Below, one piece after another: positions 13,051 through 32,869 of a DNA stretch of 64,000 bases. Origin of the DNA: Schmidtea polychroa (taxonomy: Eukaryota). Position 1 is the first letter of the stretch. Each line of letters starts with the position of its first letter. The notes under the pieces are model-generated. The model saw nothing but the letters and a program-made list of their open reading frames with translations. It was not told the origin of the DNA and searched no databases. The stretch covers positions 238,454,001-238,518,000 of the forward strand of contig CM097885.1 of the NCBI GenBank assembly GCA_044892525.1. The letters are read 5' to 3'. The translations under genes were made by a program, and so were the position numbers.

Positions 13051-15465
13051 TGTAAGACTAAACATTTTTCAAATTCTATTTTTACCACATTTTCATAATA
13101 TTAAAACAGCATTAATTGGTTAATATTACACTATTCCTACATCCTCACCAGATTCATCTGAATCTTTAACAACTCTTTTTCTAATACCGCCCACGTGTCG
13201 CGGCATATCATATCCATTACATCTGACTAAAAATTTTGTATTTGATAATGGTTTAATGATATGCCCATCTTTCCATCTTTCTGTACATTTTTGAGTCAAA
13301 TTCGGTTTCATCCATATTGGTCATCAGCAGAATATTTTCCTTCGATTATTATCTCTTTTTTATTGTAGCTTGGCAGATTCAGCATTGGATTATATCTAAA
13401 TATGGCTCTAGATGAACAAATATTATTGTTGAAACAGTACACAGCTTCTGCGATTGTTACTGAGGACCTAGCTGCTAGGGATTTGATTGTCCGATGGCTG
13501 CGTTCAATGATCCCATTTCCCGCTGGACGGTTCAATGTTCTAAATACCAACTCAACATTCGATTTATCTGCTAATTCTTGAAATGTTTTAGATCACTTGG
13601 AGCTCCTCTTTCATATAGCACTTTATTTAAAGCATTACATATCTCTTCTACATTTTCATTCTCAATTTTTTCCCAGATTGTATATCTCGATAGTCCACAA
13701 TCAATAATTGTCAAATATTTATCTTTAGCAAATTTAGCTACATCAATTGCTAAATGGCACCAATTTTCATCAAAGCTTAGTTCACCTTTTTTCCACGTTA
13801 CTGGTGCTGGGTCAATTGATAGGCATTGATTACAACTTGCAATTATTTCTGAGATTTCATTATCCACATTTAGTTGCCCCGCTTCCGATCCTAAGAATCG
13901 CATATGATTTTTCCCTACATGGCAGTTCTTGTAAATCTCTAATAACACATCTTTCGAGCTTTCTTGATTGCCTAGACCTGCGACTTCTTTTTTAATAATC
14001 ATCCAGTTGGCTGATACTCTCGTTAAAACATTAGCCTTATTATTTTCTGTAGATACAAAATCAATGTCCATTTTAAGTTCATACTCAATCGCTAGATCTT
14101 TTAAAAGCTCCAGCCTTCGTCGTATTGACAACTCTGAATTTGATTTTGTATATATTTTTCTGTCGCTTGATAACCCAACACACAACTGATATACTATCGG
14201 ATTTAATTTTGATGTACTTTAGATTCCATTTAATACATAAATTAATACCCTTCACAATCGCTTCTAATTCCACCAAATTAATGTGTCTTGAATCATCAGG
14301 TTTTCGAAACCAACACGCATCTTCAACCACTGAACCTTCCATTTCTAATACAATTTCAATGGCGATCAAACTTGCATCGCACCAAATTAACAAATACAGC
14401 TCTCTTATTGAAAGCCCTTCATTTAATTCATTTATCCGAATATCGTTCGATCTTTTCCAATGTAGTTCGTTATTCTTTCGAAATACATCAACCCATATAT
14501 CAACTTACTTCGCTCAGCATGCATGATTGAACCATCGAGCATCGCTACCGCAGTCATAGATTTTCGTGGATTTCCTTTTACTATAGTGGTAATGCTGCCC
14601 GAATCAACTAAACATGCTTTTACATCACCATCTACTTTTAGGAGTCTCGCATATTCACAATTCTTGGGCCACACCCGACTCAACATTGTGTATAGCCCCT
14701 TGATCTTTTCCCGACTTGCAAAACCTTGAAATATGTCCCATAATACCGCATTTTGCACATCTGATGTTGCGTCTTTCTGGACAGTATCTTACCACATGAT
14801 TAACCCTATTGCATATATAGCATTTTCGATTGGCTTGTTTTCCACCATCTGGTCTTGGTACTACTACTGCAACCGTGTCATTGTCATAAATTTGATGACT
14901 TGCGATTTTCTTTTCTTGAGCGACTAACTCATTCATTGTTGACGCTGTTGACATCTTTAATTGATTTGACAAATCACTTGGTAAGCTATTTACAAAAAAT
15001 CGGGTTAGTAGATCACCTGAACATTTCAACAGTGACCTTAATTCATTTACATGGACATTCAAGTTATCACCCATTAATAAATTTTCTGTAAACGTTTCGT
15101 AAAAGCTTCTTGCTCAGTCATACCAAAGGTTTTCAATAATTCCTTCTTCAGCATTCCAAAATCCATTGTCGTGTTGCTTTTCTTTAACTGTTTGAAAACT
15201 GCATAAGATTGCCTTTCAAGTAAAAATGGCATTACATTCATGACATTTTTCACACTTTTGGCTTCCAAAATAATTTCGAGTTTGTCGAACCATTCTTCCA
15301 CGTCTGTATTTTTGCCATCGAATTTTCCAACATTTTCAATTATGATCTTGTTGATTTTCATTGCCCGGATAGCTTGTAAGACTAAACGTTTTTCAAATTC
15401 TATTTTTACCACATTTTCATAATATTAAAACAGCATTAATTGTTTAATATTACACTATTCCTACA
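13051..15465 (-). mobile_element. Gypsy-like LTR element with 91-bp LTRs; gag-PR-RNaseH-IN, RT missing
   Basis: Direct repeats 13051-13141 and 15375-15465 (TGTAG..TTACA, 2 mismatches), TSD TTTTA. Two CCHC knuckles, protease LVDSGS, RNase H WCDAS..HINLVELEA, IN HHCC and GIIERSHRT. Confidence 0.92.
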
Positions 15466-15495
15466 TTTTATTTATTAGGATTACAAACAAGACAG

Positions 15496-16900
15496 TGTTG
15501 GTGTTTAGGTGGAATGTTAACAAGACGGATAGATTACCATGACTTATGATTTGCCATGACATTGGTGTTGCCCACTGTCGTTGAAAACTAGGGGCAAGGA
15601 GCTGCTGCGTTACAACTCCTCCCCCAGGTTTCTGCCGTTGGAAGGTCTTACGTCCGAATAATCACTTTCTCTTCAAGGTGGTAAAATTTAACATGTTGTT
15701 CATGGCTTTGTAAATTCCTCCGATTGCTCTCACTTCAATTACTTTTCTCAAAAAAATGAAATTATCAATACTACAATCAATACTGACAATACAAAAACAA
15801 AAACAACAACGAAAAAAAATATTAATGAGACGAAATATTAATTTACAAGCAGATGAATGGACTGATGGACTTGAATTGTTTTAACTGTTCGCCAAGTTTC
15901 ACCAGTCAATTTGTTCAAGATTCGCCAGCAAGGTGTCTAACTCAAATTCGTTTTCTCCGGCTGACAAAGGATACGCCACTTCTCGCAGCTCCAAGGTGAG
16001 CTCTGTGGGATAAATGGCGTTACACAGCTGGGTTAATGCGATGGTTTTTCTAGCCCGCTTCTTGGCATGTTGTTTGACCTACTACAGATTCTGCCTCTTA
16101 GGCTTGGGAACGGTTGGTACTGGGGAAGGAAGACTTAGGTCAAGAACTGGTGGTACCAAGATAGCCACGATTGTTTTGGCTTGCGATGGAGTAGAAGATG
16201 TCACTGCCAACAAAGAACACTGGCATCATCATTTAGGGCATTAGGTGATGAGCCAGGAAGACCTTTGCTTTTTCTGCATTTTTTAATACGGAGATGCGAG
16301 ATTCGAGTTCTTATGCGGTATAGACCTGATAAAGAGAGAAAATTTAAATTAGTGGGTTAGATTCTATTACGATGTGAATGCTTGTTAGCGACTTAATTAA
16401 TCTATAGAGGTATCTAAAACGAAAGTTGGATGATGATGATGACTGATGATGACAAGGGTAATATGTACTTCTAATTTCTATTGTAATCTCATTAATAATC
16501 AGAATCGTAGTACCCTTTAATAAATTTAGAATAATAATTAATACAATAGGGATACAGAGGAAAACTAGAAATACTAATGTCTGACAGTATAGTGTCGTTA
16601 GCTAAAGTCATCCCATTAATGATCAATAATGGGAATTGATACTAATAAATATCAAAGCCGAATAATGATCATGTAATCATTATGCCTATTTCCGAAATAC
16701 TTGTGACTATGCTTCGAATGACAAGGTATTGGTTACAATTAGAAAGGGACCTTATCTGAGAACTACTGCCTTATATCATTTAAATACCGTTCTTTGGGTA
16801 GGAGGAACTATTCATACATTCTTTAAAGGGGTTCTTAAGAATTTTATTTGTTTATGATCTCACTTTGGTGAAGCAATGTTCAGTGGAACTTGGGGTTCCG
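15496..16900 (-). mobile_element. Giant-LTR family copy D (3' part; right boundary uncertain)
   Basis: Ends ..CCAACA at 15496. Carries the RNA motif ACGTAAGACCTTCCAACGGCA (15633-15653), a decayed ORF (KPKRQNL..FELDTLLANLEQIDW*) and a splice acceptor near 16332. Confidence 0.75.
15899..16331 (-). pseudogene. Decayed homolog of the LTR-encoded Arg-rich protein
   Basis: Manual translation: VPKPKRQNL**VKQHAKKRARK...ENEFELDTLLANLEQIDW*. Confidence 0.7.
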
Positions 16901-17312
16901 GTAGAATTGATTTTTAAAATCCAAATAAAACTATATTATCTTATTTTAGTGAAGCAATTTTTGATTCATTATTTAAGGGGTTATCTCATTTAGCCCGGTA
17001 ACTAAAGTAACTTTTTGTTTTAGATATAATTCATAGCAGAGATCTCAAATCTTTATTTAAAAATAAAATATTTCAACCGGAAATTTCATAATTATGAATT
17101 ATTTTCAAAATAGTTTCATGTCAACACAACAAGTTAGCAACAATGAAACATTTATTAAAAACCAAAATAATTGTAATGTAATTCTTCTTGATATTTATAC
17201 AATTCATTAATCATAATATTTATCGTTTGTTTTCCTTTGTAATTAATTATACACTCATGTGTATAATCAAATTCTATGTTTAATTCATATTAGATTAACT
17301 TTCATTTTTTAA

Positions 17313-17701
17313 ATGAAAAAGGATATTATCATGATCACCAATGGGTTGGTCTATGGTATTAATGATAAAATAGTTGAATGCCTGAACAGTCTAACAGACT
17401 GTCTAATATTGCGAGCTGAAAATCATTTAAACATTGATTTTTCACCAGTCGTAGCTACAAGAACTGACAACGAAAAAGAAAAAGAATTCAAGATTGTGGT
17501 CGATTCTTTATTTGAAGATGGTATCGTTGTATATCGTTGTATTCATTAAGGTAGGGTAGTCGTAGGTTTTATGTACATTCGAAAGATTCTTATTTCATGC
17601 CCAAATGAACAACATAAATATTTAAATTAGTCAGCAGAAGAAATAATTAAAATTTATCTTTGGATCAAAGAAAACGGAGACAGAGAACATTTTACGAAAT
17701 A
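17313..17701 (+). pseudogene. Intronless Bcl-2-family pseudogene
   Basis: BH1-like SLFEDG..IH*GRVV (conserved W replaced by a stop; small tatcgttg duplication) and BH2-like LWIKENGDREHF in the same frame beyond stops. Confidence 0.65.
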
Positions 17702-18515
17702 ACAAAAACAATGTTTTAATAAAATATTTCAAGTTTAAAAGAAATTTAGAAACTTTAATTATTTAGCAATTCGTTGTTTCTAATTTTAATTTTGATGTTT
17801 TTGAAGATGGTCAAAGTTCCAGTTGATAAACCAACCGGTAGTTAGTGATCTTTCAATCGGTGTTGTACACGAATGCTATTCCTCACTAAGTGTTGTACAA
17901 AAATTTGTATAGTCACCGAGCGGAGTGTTGAATTGATTGTCAGTGTAAAGTGAAAATTATTTGTGATTATCAATAAAGATTTCTCTTGTCAAGTGTTACA
18001 TTGTGGGTCAGTCAAAGACACGCTTGGAGTCAGAGAACCAATTCATTACATTTTAATTTTATCATCAATCCAATAACCGAACACCTTTTTTATTTTTATT
18101 TTTTAATTAATTTTTTCCAAATTTCCATCGTACAAGATATTTAAATATAATTATTTATGATTAATGACAGCAATATATTTTTTTAGTCTGGCAATAAGAT
18201 AAACAGTCTGTCTATGGATTCATGTGAAAATAAAAATAAAATCTGTTTTTGTATATGATTTTTGTTAAAATAATAATTAATTAATAATAATTAATAAAAA
18301 TTATACATTTAATGGCTAAGTTTACCATATTTATTTGAAATTACGAAAATGTATGCTGGAGTTACATGTATCTCATAAAAAACAATTTCAATAGTTGAAA
18401 GGGTTAATCCATTTGTTAAGATCGAAAAACGGGGACTACAGATCTTAACACAAATGACTCCAATAATTTAATTAAGAAAAATAAATAAAAATAAATATAA
18501 ATAAATTATATTTAA

Positions 18516-19383
18516 TGTGGTTGCGCGTGTAAGTTCAAATCCCTGAATTAAAAACAAAACAAACTCTTTCACTTTTTACAAAAATGTATTCAATAATTTA
18601 CAAAAGTTGCTTTACAATTAATGTGCAAAGAAATACAAGAAAACGGATTCTTTGATCCCTACTGTTGTCAACAGTCTGCAAGAAATCGATGGCTCCTGTG
18701 TAGCACAACGATCGCAATATGACTAAAAGAGTTGGGTAAGCAAGAGGGAATGATTTTGAGGCTCCCAGGGAACACTAAAGTAAAAGAACAATACTTTGTG
18801 TTCGCTTTATTTATAACTATTTCACAGGATACTAATTTATCCTAACCCACCCTTATATTTAATTAAATTAAATTAAATTAAATTTTACTTTTAAATATTC
18901 TCGTTTCTGTTCATAAATAATTCTTCTCTAGATTTTTCAAATCTGTCTAATTTCTTCTGCTCCGGCAATTTCACTTCTGATTTCCAACAATGTTGCTTTC
19001 CATTTTATAGTCTGCTCAAATCAACGGCTGGTAAATATTTGAAATTACTTATTTAATCCCTATGGATTTTTGAATCTCATTGTAATTGTCTTCTTTTATG
19101 ACCACAGCTGGTATATTCTCTCTATTCTTTCTGGGATTCCTCTTAAATAACTAAAATATAATTCCATGCTGATTGTTTCGCTTAATCAATCTCAAGTAAT
19201 TATAATTCTCTTATAATTCTCAAGTAATTATAATTCTCACTCCTTTTCTGCAAGCTGCTACAACTATTATTTCTCGCGTGTCCTAACAAAGTTAATCCCT
19301 TTTATAATAATTTCTAAATTAGCATGAAAAATAAAAAAACTGATTCTAAAATAATTTAAGGCCAGGGGCCTATCCCTAACACA
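18516..19383 (-). mobile_element. Solo LTR, 868 bp
   Basis: TGTG...CACA ends with 5-bp TSD TTTAA. TATA-like motif on the minus strand near 18810. Orientation inferred. Confidence 0.65.
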
Positions 19384-21850
19384 TTTAAACCACGATGCGT
19401 TGAATGGTTATATGAATGAATTAGTTTTGGTAAAATATATATCCGTGTTTTATTTCCTTAATTTACAAAATACATTTTTAATTTATCTTTAAATATACGA
19501 TTTAACTGTTCGGAATGTGTGCCTTCAACATTGTGAATGCACAGTATAGTGATTTACATGATTGTTTGGATATGCTTGCCTAGCTAAAAAATCAATAACT
19601 GTTGCATCTCTAGGGTTTTTAAAAATTGTTAGATAATGTACATTTAAATTACGGGTTCTATGATTTCCTCCATGATGGAAAAGGTTTTTAATTATAAAAA
19701 TTACTAACTTCGACATTTCTAGAAATATTTGTAAACAAATTATTAAATGAATTTCCTTTGTTGGCTTCTTGATACAAATGATCATTAACATTGACATCTC
19801 TATTTTATAAACGTTATGTCCAATCTCTATCAAATCCCTTTATAATTTTCATTGGAATTTTGCAAAATCCTGAACGAGTCAAACCATTTTCAGTTTTCGA
19901 ACTTGGTGCCAATATATTTTGTTGAATTTTTCAACAAATAAATCAGATTGGAATAATTTATATACAAAAATGGTTTCACCCCTACCACTAAATTTAATAA
20001 TTTGATAAACATCTTCAAATCACTTTAAATTAATGTTTTCCAAGCATTGTTTATATAATGGTTTAGAGTTAGTAAACATGTTGAAATGAAAATAATTCAT
20101 AATTTTAAATTTTCCCGCGCAAATATTTTATTTTTAAACAAAGATTCGATATCTCTGATATGAATTATATCTAAAACAAAATCATTGGTATTAATATCTC
20201 TATTCACATTGGCTTTATATATTAATAAAATAAGATTATTTAAACAAACATTCATGTATAGCGCCATCATATTAGACATTTGATTCGAGATCTACATCGA
20301 AAACTATTAACCCTTTAATGGACAATGACGTGTATACACGTCATACTACTGCGTTCTGTAACAGCAACTAAAAAAGTGCGTCCGCGAAAAGGTTGAGGAA
20401 AGTTTAAAGTTCCGTCGAAATATCTAAATTTTCTCGGTCAACAAAATTATTCTTCTTTAAATTTGGAATGTTTTTACAAAAATAAATTTTAAAATACCTC
20501 AAAGGGAAAGTCTGTGCCGCCTCTTTAAAATTACGAAAATATTGCCTTCAACAAAAGTATACATCTTCCAAAACACTAACATTTTACAAAGGAAATTTTA
20601 GAGACATGATAAAATTCTGGAGCCTGTTGTCAATTAAGATACAAAATATTTGTTTTTCATATTTTTGTCCATTGGTCAGTAAAGTTGTAGTGCTTGTAAC
20701 TCACTATATTTTGAAAAAAGAAAATGTGCAAAAATCTTAAAGATTCTTTTTCTTGTATTATATTATTTTTTCACCAGAAAAATTATGGCGAGATAAAAAA
20801 AATGTTGTAGTCAACAAAGATATAGGTGAGTCATTTTCTATATTTTTGCCGAAATAATTTTTTGAAAATATCAAAACCCCGCGTTACAGTGAGATAAAAC
20901 AAAAAAGTAAAATTTCACTTTAAAATGAATACTTGCACTTTTTAAATTTTTTAAAATCAATAATCGCAACTTGATCTTGAAGAGGGAGGAACCTCTGTCA
21001 CTAACCAGTGGATGGTGACGAATGGTGCCGCCGAGGGTTCACTTCTACTTACTGTGATTTTTTATTAATTTTCATCCAATTAATTTGTAAATTTTTTTAC
21101 TATTTCCGACTTTCTTTTGAATTTAGCAGTTTTTTATGTTTGTCCCTTTTTGATTCTTTTGTATTATATTTTTGTCTTTTTTAATTTATTTTTATTATTT
21201 TACTTCTTATTTTACTATATTCGTGATTTTTTTTACCTATTTTCGTTCCGTTTTTTATAATTTAAATAATTACAAATGTATTTTTATCTACTTATTCTAG
21301 TTTTTAATTCTTTTTGCTAAAATCTTATTTTTATCTTTCATTTCTTCTCTTGGAATTTGTTTTATCTTTGTTATTTCTTTTTGTATTTTTTGTATTTTCT
21401 TGCTGAACTTCTTGCACGTTATTATTTTAAAATTATTATGTTTGTTTTCTCAATATTCAACTGTTTTTCGTATTTCTTCAAAATTCTCACAGTCATAATA
21501 ACATAGTGTAAATACTTAATTTTGCATTATTTTGTGTAAATTAGTACAAATTAATATTAGAACAATAAAACAAATTAAATAATATATCAATAAAAAATAC
21601 ATCGCTGGGGAGTAAGGTTCAACAGATAGTAAAAATCAATGCCAGTGATTAAATTATTGATATGCAAATTTTTAGAATTTTGAGAGAGTTACTAAATATA
21701 GATTGGCATAATTATTATTCTTTCATTCGATTGTAGAATGCATGCATGATTTTCTGCCTCTATTTCTATGACAAATCAATAATTGGCTAGAGAGATTTTG
21801 TTTGCATTGTTTTCTACTTTTGGTTTGACTCAGAATCTTCAATTTCAAAC

Positions 21851-28587
<6,737 letters not shown>

Positions 28588-28989
28588 TTAGTTTTATTTT
28601 GCATATCATTGAAATGTTTCAAATGAAATATCACTGATTAATTTTTTATTATTTCAAATTTGATGCTATGTATTTCATTATATTTTCAAATAAATTTTAA
28701 TTTTATTTTTTGTTTTATTAATAACATATAATACGGATTTAAGTTCTGTTACGCAAATAGCTGAGTGAATTCTAAAGGTTATCACCAAAAATCCTAATTT
28801 TCCAAGTGTTGAGTATACTAATTACACCTATCCCTCGCTTAACGAAATTCAGATATCTGAATATTCCATTCATCAACTCGATTTCAAGATCCTGAAAAAA
28901 CTTAAACGCACTGGCCTTTTAATTCGTATAGTACATAAATCTTTTACATTGAAGAAAGCTCTAGCAAACAATTTAAAATAAGAATACAA

Positions 28990-29315
28990 TTGCACAATTG
29001 AAATATTCCAGACACCGAAGAAAATATGCTTCCGAATAAAAATTGCCCACTGCATCACGTGCAAAATATGCAAAGAAATATACATAAAAAGTACAATCGG
29101 AAACTAGCACAAAAGAGTTAAAGAACATCTAGATCCTGGTGGAAAATCTCGGTATGCAGACATCTCCAACAATGTCAACCAAAGAAGGAAAGAAAAATAT
29201 TTTAATTGAAATCTTACCCAGTGGAAACAACCAAATGAAAATTTTCAGATTTAAAGAGGCAATTCTCATTATAAACAGACGGCCAAAAATTAATACTAAA
29301 GAAGAGGATCAATGA
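28990..29315 (+). mobile_element. Decayed Penelope GIY-YIG fragment
   Basis: ITCKICKEIYI..RVKEHL..EAILI..RPKINTKEE across frameshifts. Confidence 0.7.
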
Positions 29316-29757
29316 AATCATCAGTTTTATGAGTTGTTATTGACCTTAAGAAAATTTTCTTTTAAAAAAATAATGATTTAAAATCAATATAAAAAATCTA
29401 GATCAAATTTTAAGGAAGTAAACTTTTAGAGAGTGTTGGGCTGAATCGAAGGGTAGCTGGGAAATTAGGTCGAATTTAACCAAAGTAAAAATAAGAAATA
29501 AAATAAATAGATTGACGAATAAAATAGAATAGAACATAAGAAAAACAATAATTAGAAATAAGAATTAAAACAAAAATATAAAAATAAGAAAAATTAAAAT
29601 AGGACAATAGAATGACAGAAAATAACGCAAAATATAATAAATAATAAGGGAATTAAGGAAAATAAATAAAAACATAATTTTAATAAAGAAAATAAGAAGA
29701 AATAACTCTAAAAGAAGGAAAATAAATTAAATTAATAGAATTAAGCGGTACTCAATT

Positions 29758-29850
29758 CTGATTGGTCCGCGCAAACAAAAAATTAATATATAAGCAGGCA
29801 TTAAAATCATAATAATTACAGTTAATCTAACCACCTCAATAGGTAAGTAA
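29758..29850 (+). promoter_or_regulatory. LTR promoter: CTGATTGG (reverse CCAAT), TATA 29 nt later, Inr-like site, splice donor
   Basis: The same 29-nt spacing occurs at 60458/60487 (+) and 56770/56741 (-). AG|GTAAGT at 29843. Confidence 0.7.
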
Positions 29851-32125
29851 AGTTTAAAATAAATACAGTTAATCTAACCACCTCAATAGATCCATTCTAC
29901 GACGAAACTGCAATTAAACAATCAATCCACAGCAACTCACGAGGACTATTCCGGAATCCAAGAAATTTCAGCTGAATCTAGATAATTTCGAACATTTATT
30001 ACTTCGACACAGTACCCCTTTTCGACTCAGCCTATACCTCTATTAAACACTCGGTAAGGATCTTTTGATTTCATAATTTGAATTTTAAAGTAATAGTTAC
30101 GCGTATGATTTAATTATAATTTTAATTTAAAGAACTTGTTTTCTTTTCGCTTGATTTCGAATACTTAGTGTAATTTAACGATTTAGTATTTATCAATAAA
30201 TGATTTGCTATGAATGATTGATTTCTAGGGATTATTGACTTTTATGAACTGTTCTAATGAGTTATTATTTAATGCCATTCAAATTTTCGAGAAACGTGGC
30301 GTTGAGATACTCTTGTGTCATGGTGTGAGGTGCCTTCGGGAGCTCCACCGGTGGGCCTAGAGTATTTCAATCACGCAGCTGATTCGGGCCGTAATGTGGG
30401 GGCTTCCTCACGGGTCCGTCGCTGAAGGTGCGACTAAATTCTATAGGAAAATGTTGCCAGAAAGCTGGAAGTCGTATAGCGATGGAAAATAGAGATGTAG
30501 GAAGAAACGATCAGAGAGTTTTTATGTATTCGCGCAGTGATTGAGGGTGTCACCCTATCGTCTCAAGATATCGTTTCTACTAAGCCCAAATTTCCTCTAT
30601 CGTTCTAAAGCTCTATGTAGGTTGCTCATCGAGAGTCGTTCAAATACTATAGGTGACATATCTTCGATGTTCGTACGTTTCACTTGAAATTCATACCGGC
30701 TGTGTTTTATGGCCTTCCGTGCTATTATTTTCCTCGTCTACGTGTTCCCTCAAAGATGTAGCTGCAGGGGATTACAGAAAATAAGTAGTCTCGGATGAGC
30801 GTTGGAATTCCATGAACAAGTCGTCTCGCATAAAATTTTGAATTAGGTCAAATGGGTTACTTCAACTATTTTTGAATTGCATAAAATGATTTACTTCAAT
30901 TGATTTTAGAATTATATAAAGGGATTAACTTCCACAAATTTTTCTAATTGCATAAACCGGTTAGAGCCAAATAATCTCAAGAGTAAAACGAAATCAAATC
31001 GAGTCAAAAAATATATATATTTTTTTTTTTTCAAACCAATCTAACATGATAATCCTTACCTAGTAAATATAAATTACCCGTGTTTCATGGAGTTGATAAT
31101 CCAGCAAGGATAGGTAGGAAATCTCCAAAATATCGGAACGGATCAATAAACCGCATTTGAGGAGTTAAGCAGTTCCCCCTGGGAACAAATTATATCCAAC
31201 TCTTGCGATACCGAGAATCATAATTTTTCCAGCATTTCCGTGAGAATTAGTATGACATCATCAGGAGCAGGGAAATGTGAGCATCCGTGCAGTGGGTTGA
31301 TCGAGATAGTAGCCAGAGAACACGCCAGCATGTAAACAGTTGAGAGCACCAGTTAGTGATTAGGAGTGGAATTAAGTATGAGAAATAAAAACTTGCATGC
31401 GTCACCCGTTTTCAGACACACTACAGTAGCTAATCACGGTGTGTAGATTCACACCGACATGTACTCATAACAAACCCGACTGGACGTGTCAGCTGGAATT
31501 TTTGGGTTATCAAATTAAATCACTCACAGTCATTAGATTCCCACTGGTCGGAGTTAATAACCAACTGTCAGACTGATTATGTCTACTTAGTAGGATTAAT
31601 TTAGTTATTATCTCATGTTGAATAATTTGTCGCCTATCATAAATAAATAATTAAAAATTTTTTTATAATGTCTTCCCGTTCATCATAAATGAACTAATTA
31701 AGAATGATTTATGGATTTCTATTCACCCTAAATAATTAATCTAAAATTAATCGACCTACGTACAGGATACATTCATCGAAACTGTTTGTTAGGAAAAGTC
31801 GGCAATGTAATTCAACTCTCTTCAAATGTTAATTACTAACTTCAAGCGATTTGGATAACCGTAGTTTCCTCGCCCTAGAATTCCTCTCACCAGTAGTAAT
31901 ACCTCTCCTTACTTGTGCAAAATCGTGCTTGACTGATTTATTTTCTTATAATTAATGACCCAAAGGGAACGAGGACCCATAGCGCCGCATGATTTCTTTG
32001 GCTGATACACCCGTTCATGTCTATGAAACCGACTATGATCAGTAAAATATAAATGTGACCAGACGACGACCTTCTAATTGATTTGATTTATTGTTCATTT
32101 CCATCTTTTCTTGCAGTCACCCAAA

Positions 32126-32869
32126 ATGTTACCCAATTCCAAGACCATCCTCAGACCTTGTTTCTCTTGTTCCGACAAGAATTCAATCATCAAGGACCTG
32201 CAGGCCCAAATCGGAAAGTACAAAAGAAAAATAGACGAGTTAGAGGGGACATGGTTTAGTCCTACCCAGATGAAAGAGGCTCAGAAGAAGCTGCACCGCA
32301 GCGAGCACTGTCGAGATGCGCTAATTTCCGAAAGTCGGGCGCAGAGAAGCCTAATAAAGGAGCAGTCGGAGGCGCTGCATAAGTTATACGTTCAAGCAGC
32401 AACCACTAGGAGAATCGCGAAGATCCCAATTAATGAAGCCAGTAATCTTTTTCCAGCGCACCACGAGATCTCGGGCGGGCCTTCGTCTCCACTCGGGAAG
32501 TCCTGCCATGGGTGCGTGGAGGCCGAGCTCTCTCCCAGTGGTCCAGACATTGTATTCACCGGAACTACTAAAGTGCAGTCCACCACCGCATCGTCCTCAA
32601 TAGTGCAAACCCCACCAGCTTCAAAACCTAAACGTCGGCAACTGTCGCGCGCCGAACGAAAACGAAGGCAACGAGAGCGGGCTTCCATCAAACGGATTCT
32701 ACCATCAACCGTCACCCCAGTCGACGGTAACAGCAATCCAATAGTAGTCAATCCAACGACCGGAATCTCAGGGCGAGTCATCTCCGCCACCGGGGTAACA
32801 TGGGAAGAAAACGCCGCCGAATTCTTAGATTTAAACGAGTTACTCGCCGACTCGGAGTGGGAAAAATGA
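32126..32869 (+). CDS. LTR-encoded uncharacterised protein (247 aa): coiled coil, Arg-rich motif, acidic/Leu tail
   Basis: Intact GC-rich ORF just after branchpoint/polypyrimidine/CAG at 32116; AATAAA at 33006. Motifs conserved in three other copies. Confidence 0.75.
   Translation: MLPNSKTILRPCFSCSDKNSIIKDLQAQIGKYKRKIDELEGTWFSPTQMKEAQKKLHRSEHCRDALISESRAQRSLIKEQSEALHKLYVQAATTRRIAKIPINEASNLFPAHHEISGGPSSPLGKSCHGCVEAELSPSGPDIVFTGTTKVQSTTASSSIVQTPPASKPKRRQLSRAERKRRQRERASIKRILPSTVTPVDGNSNPIVVNPTTGISGRVISATGVTWEENAAEFLDLNELLADSEWEK

Noticed and set aside
20990..21505. T-rich block resembling the 5' end of a minus-strand giant LTR (partner of copy D)
   Set aside because: No CAACA end with the ACAG TSD and no CCAAT/TATA pair found.
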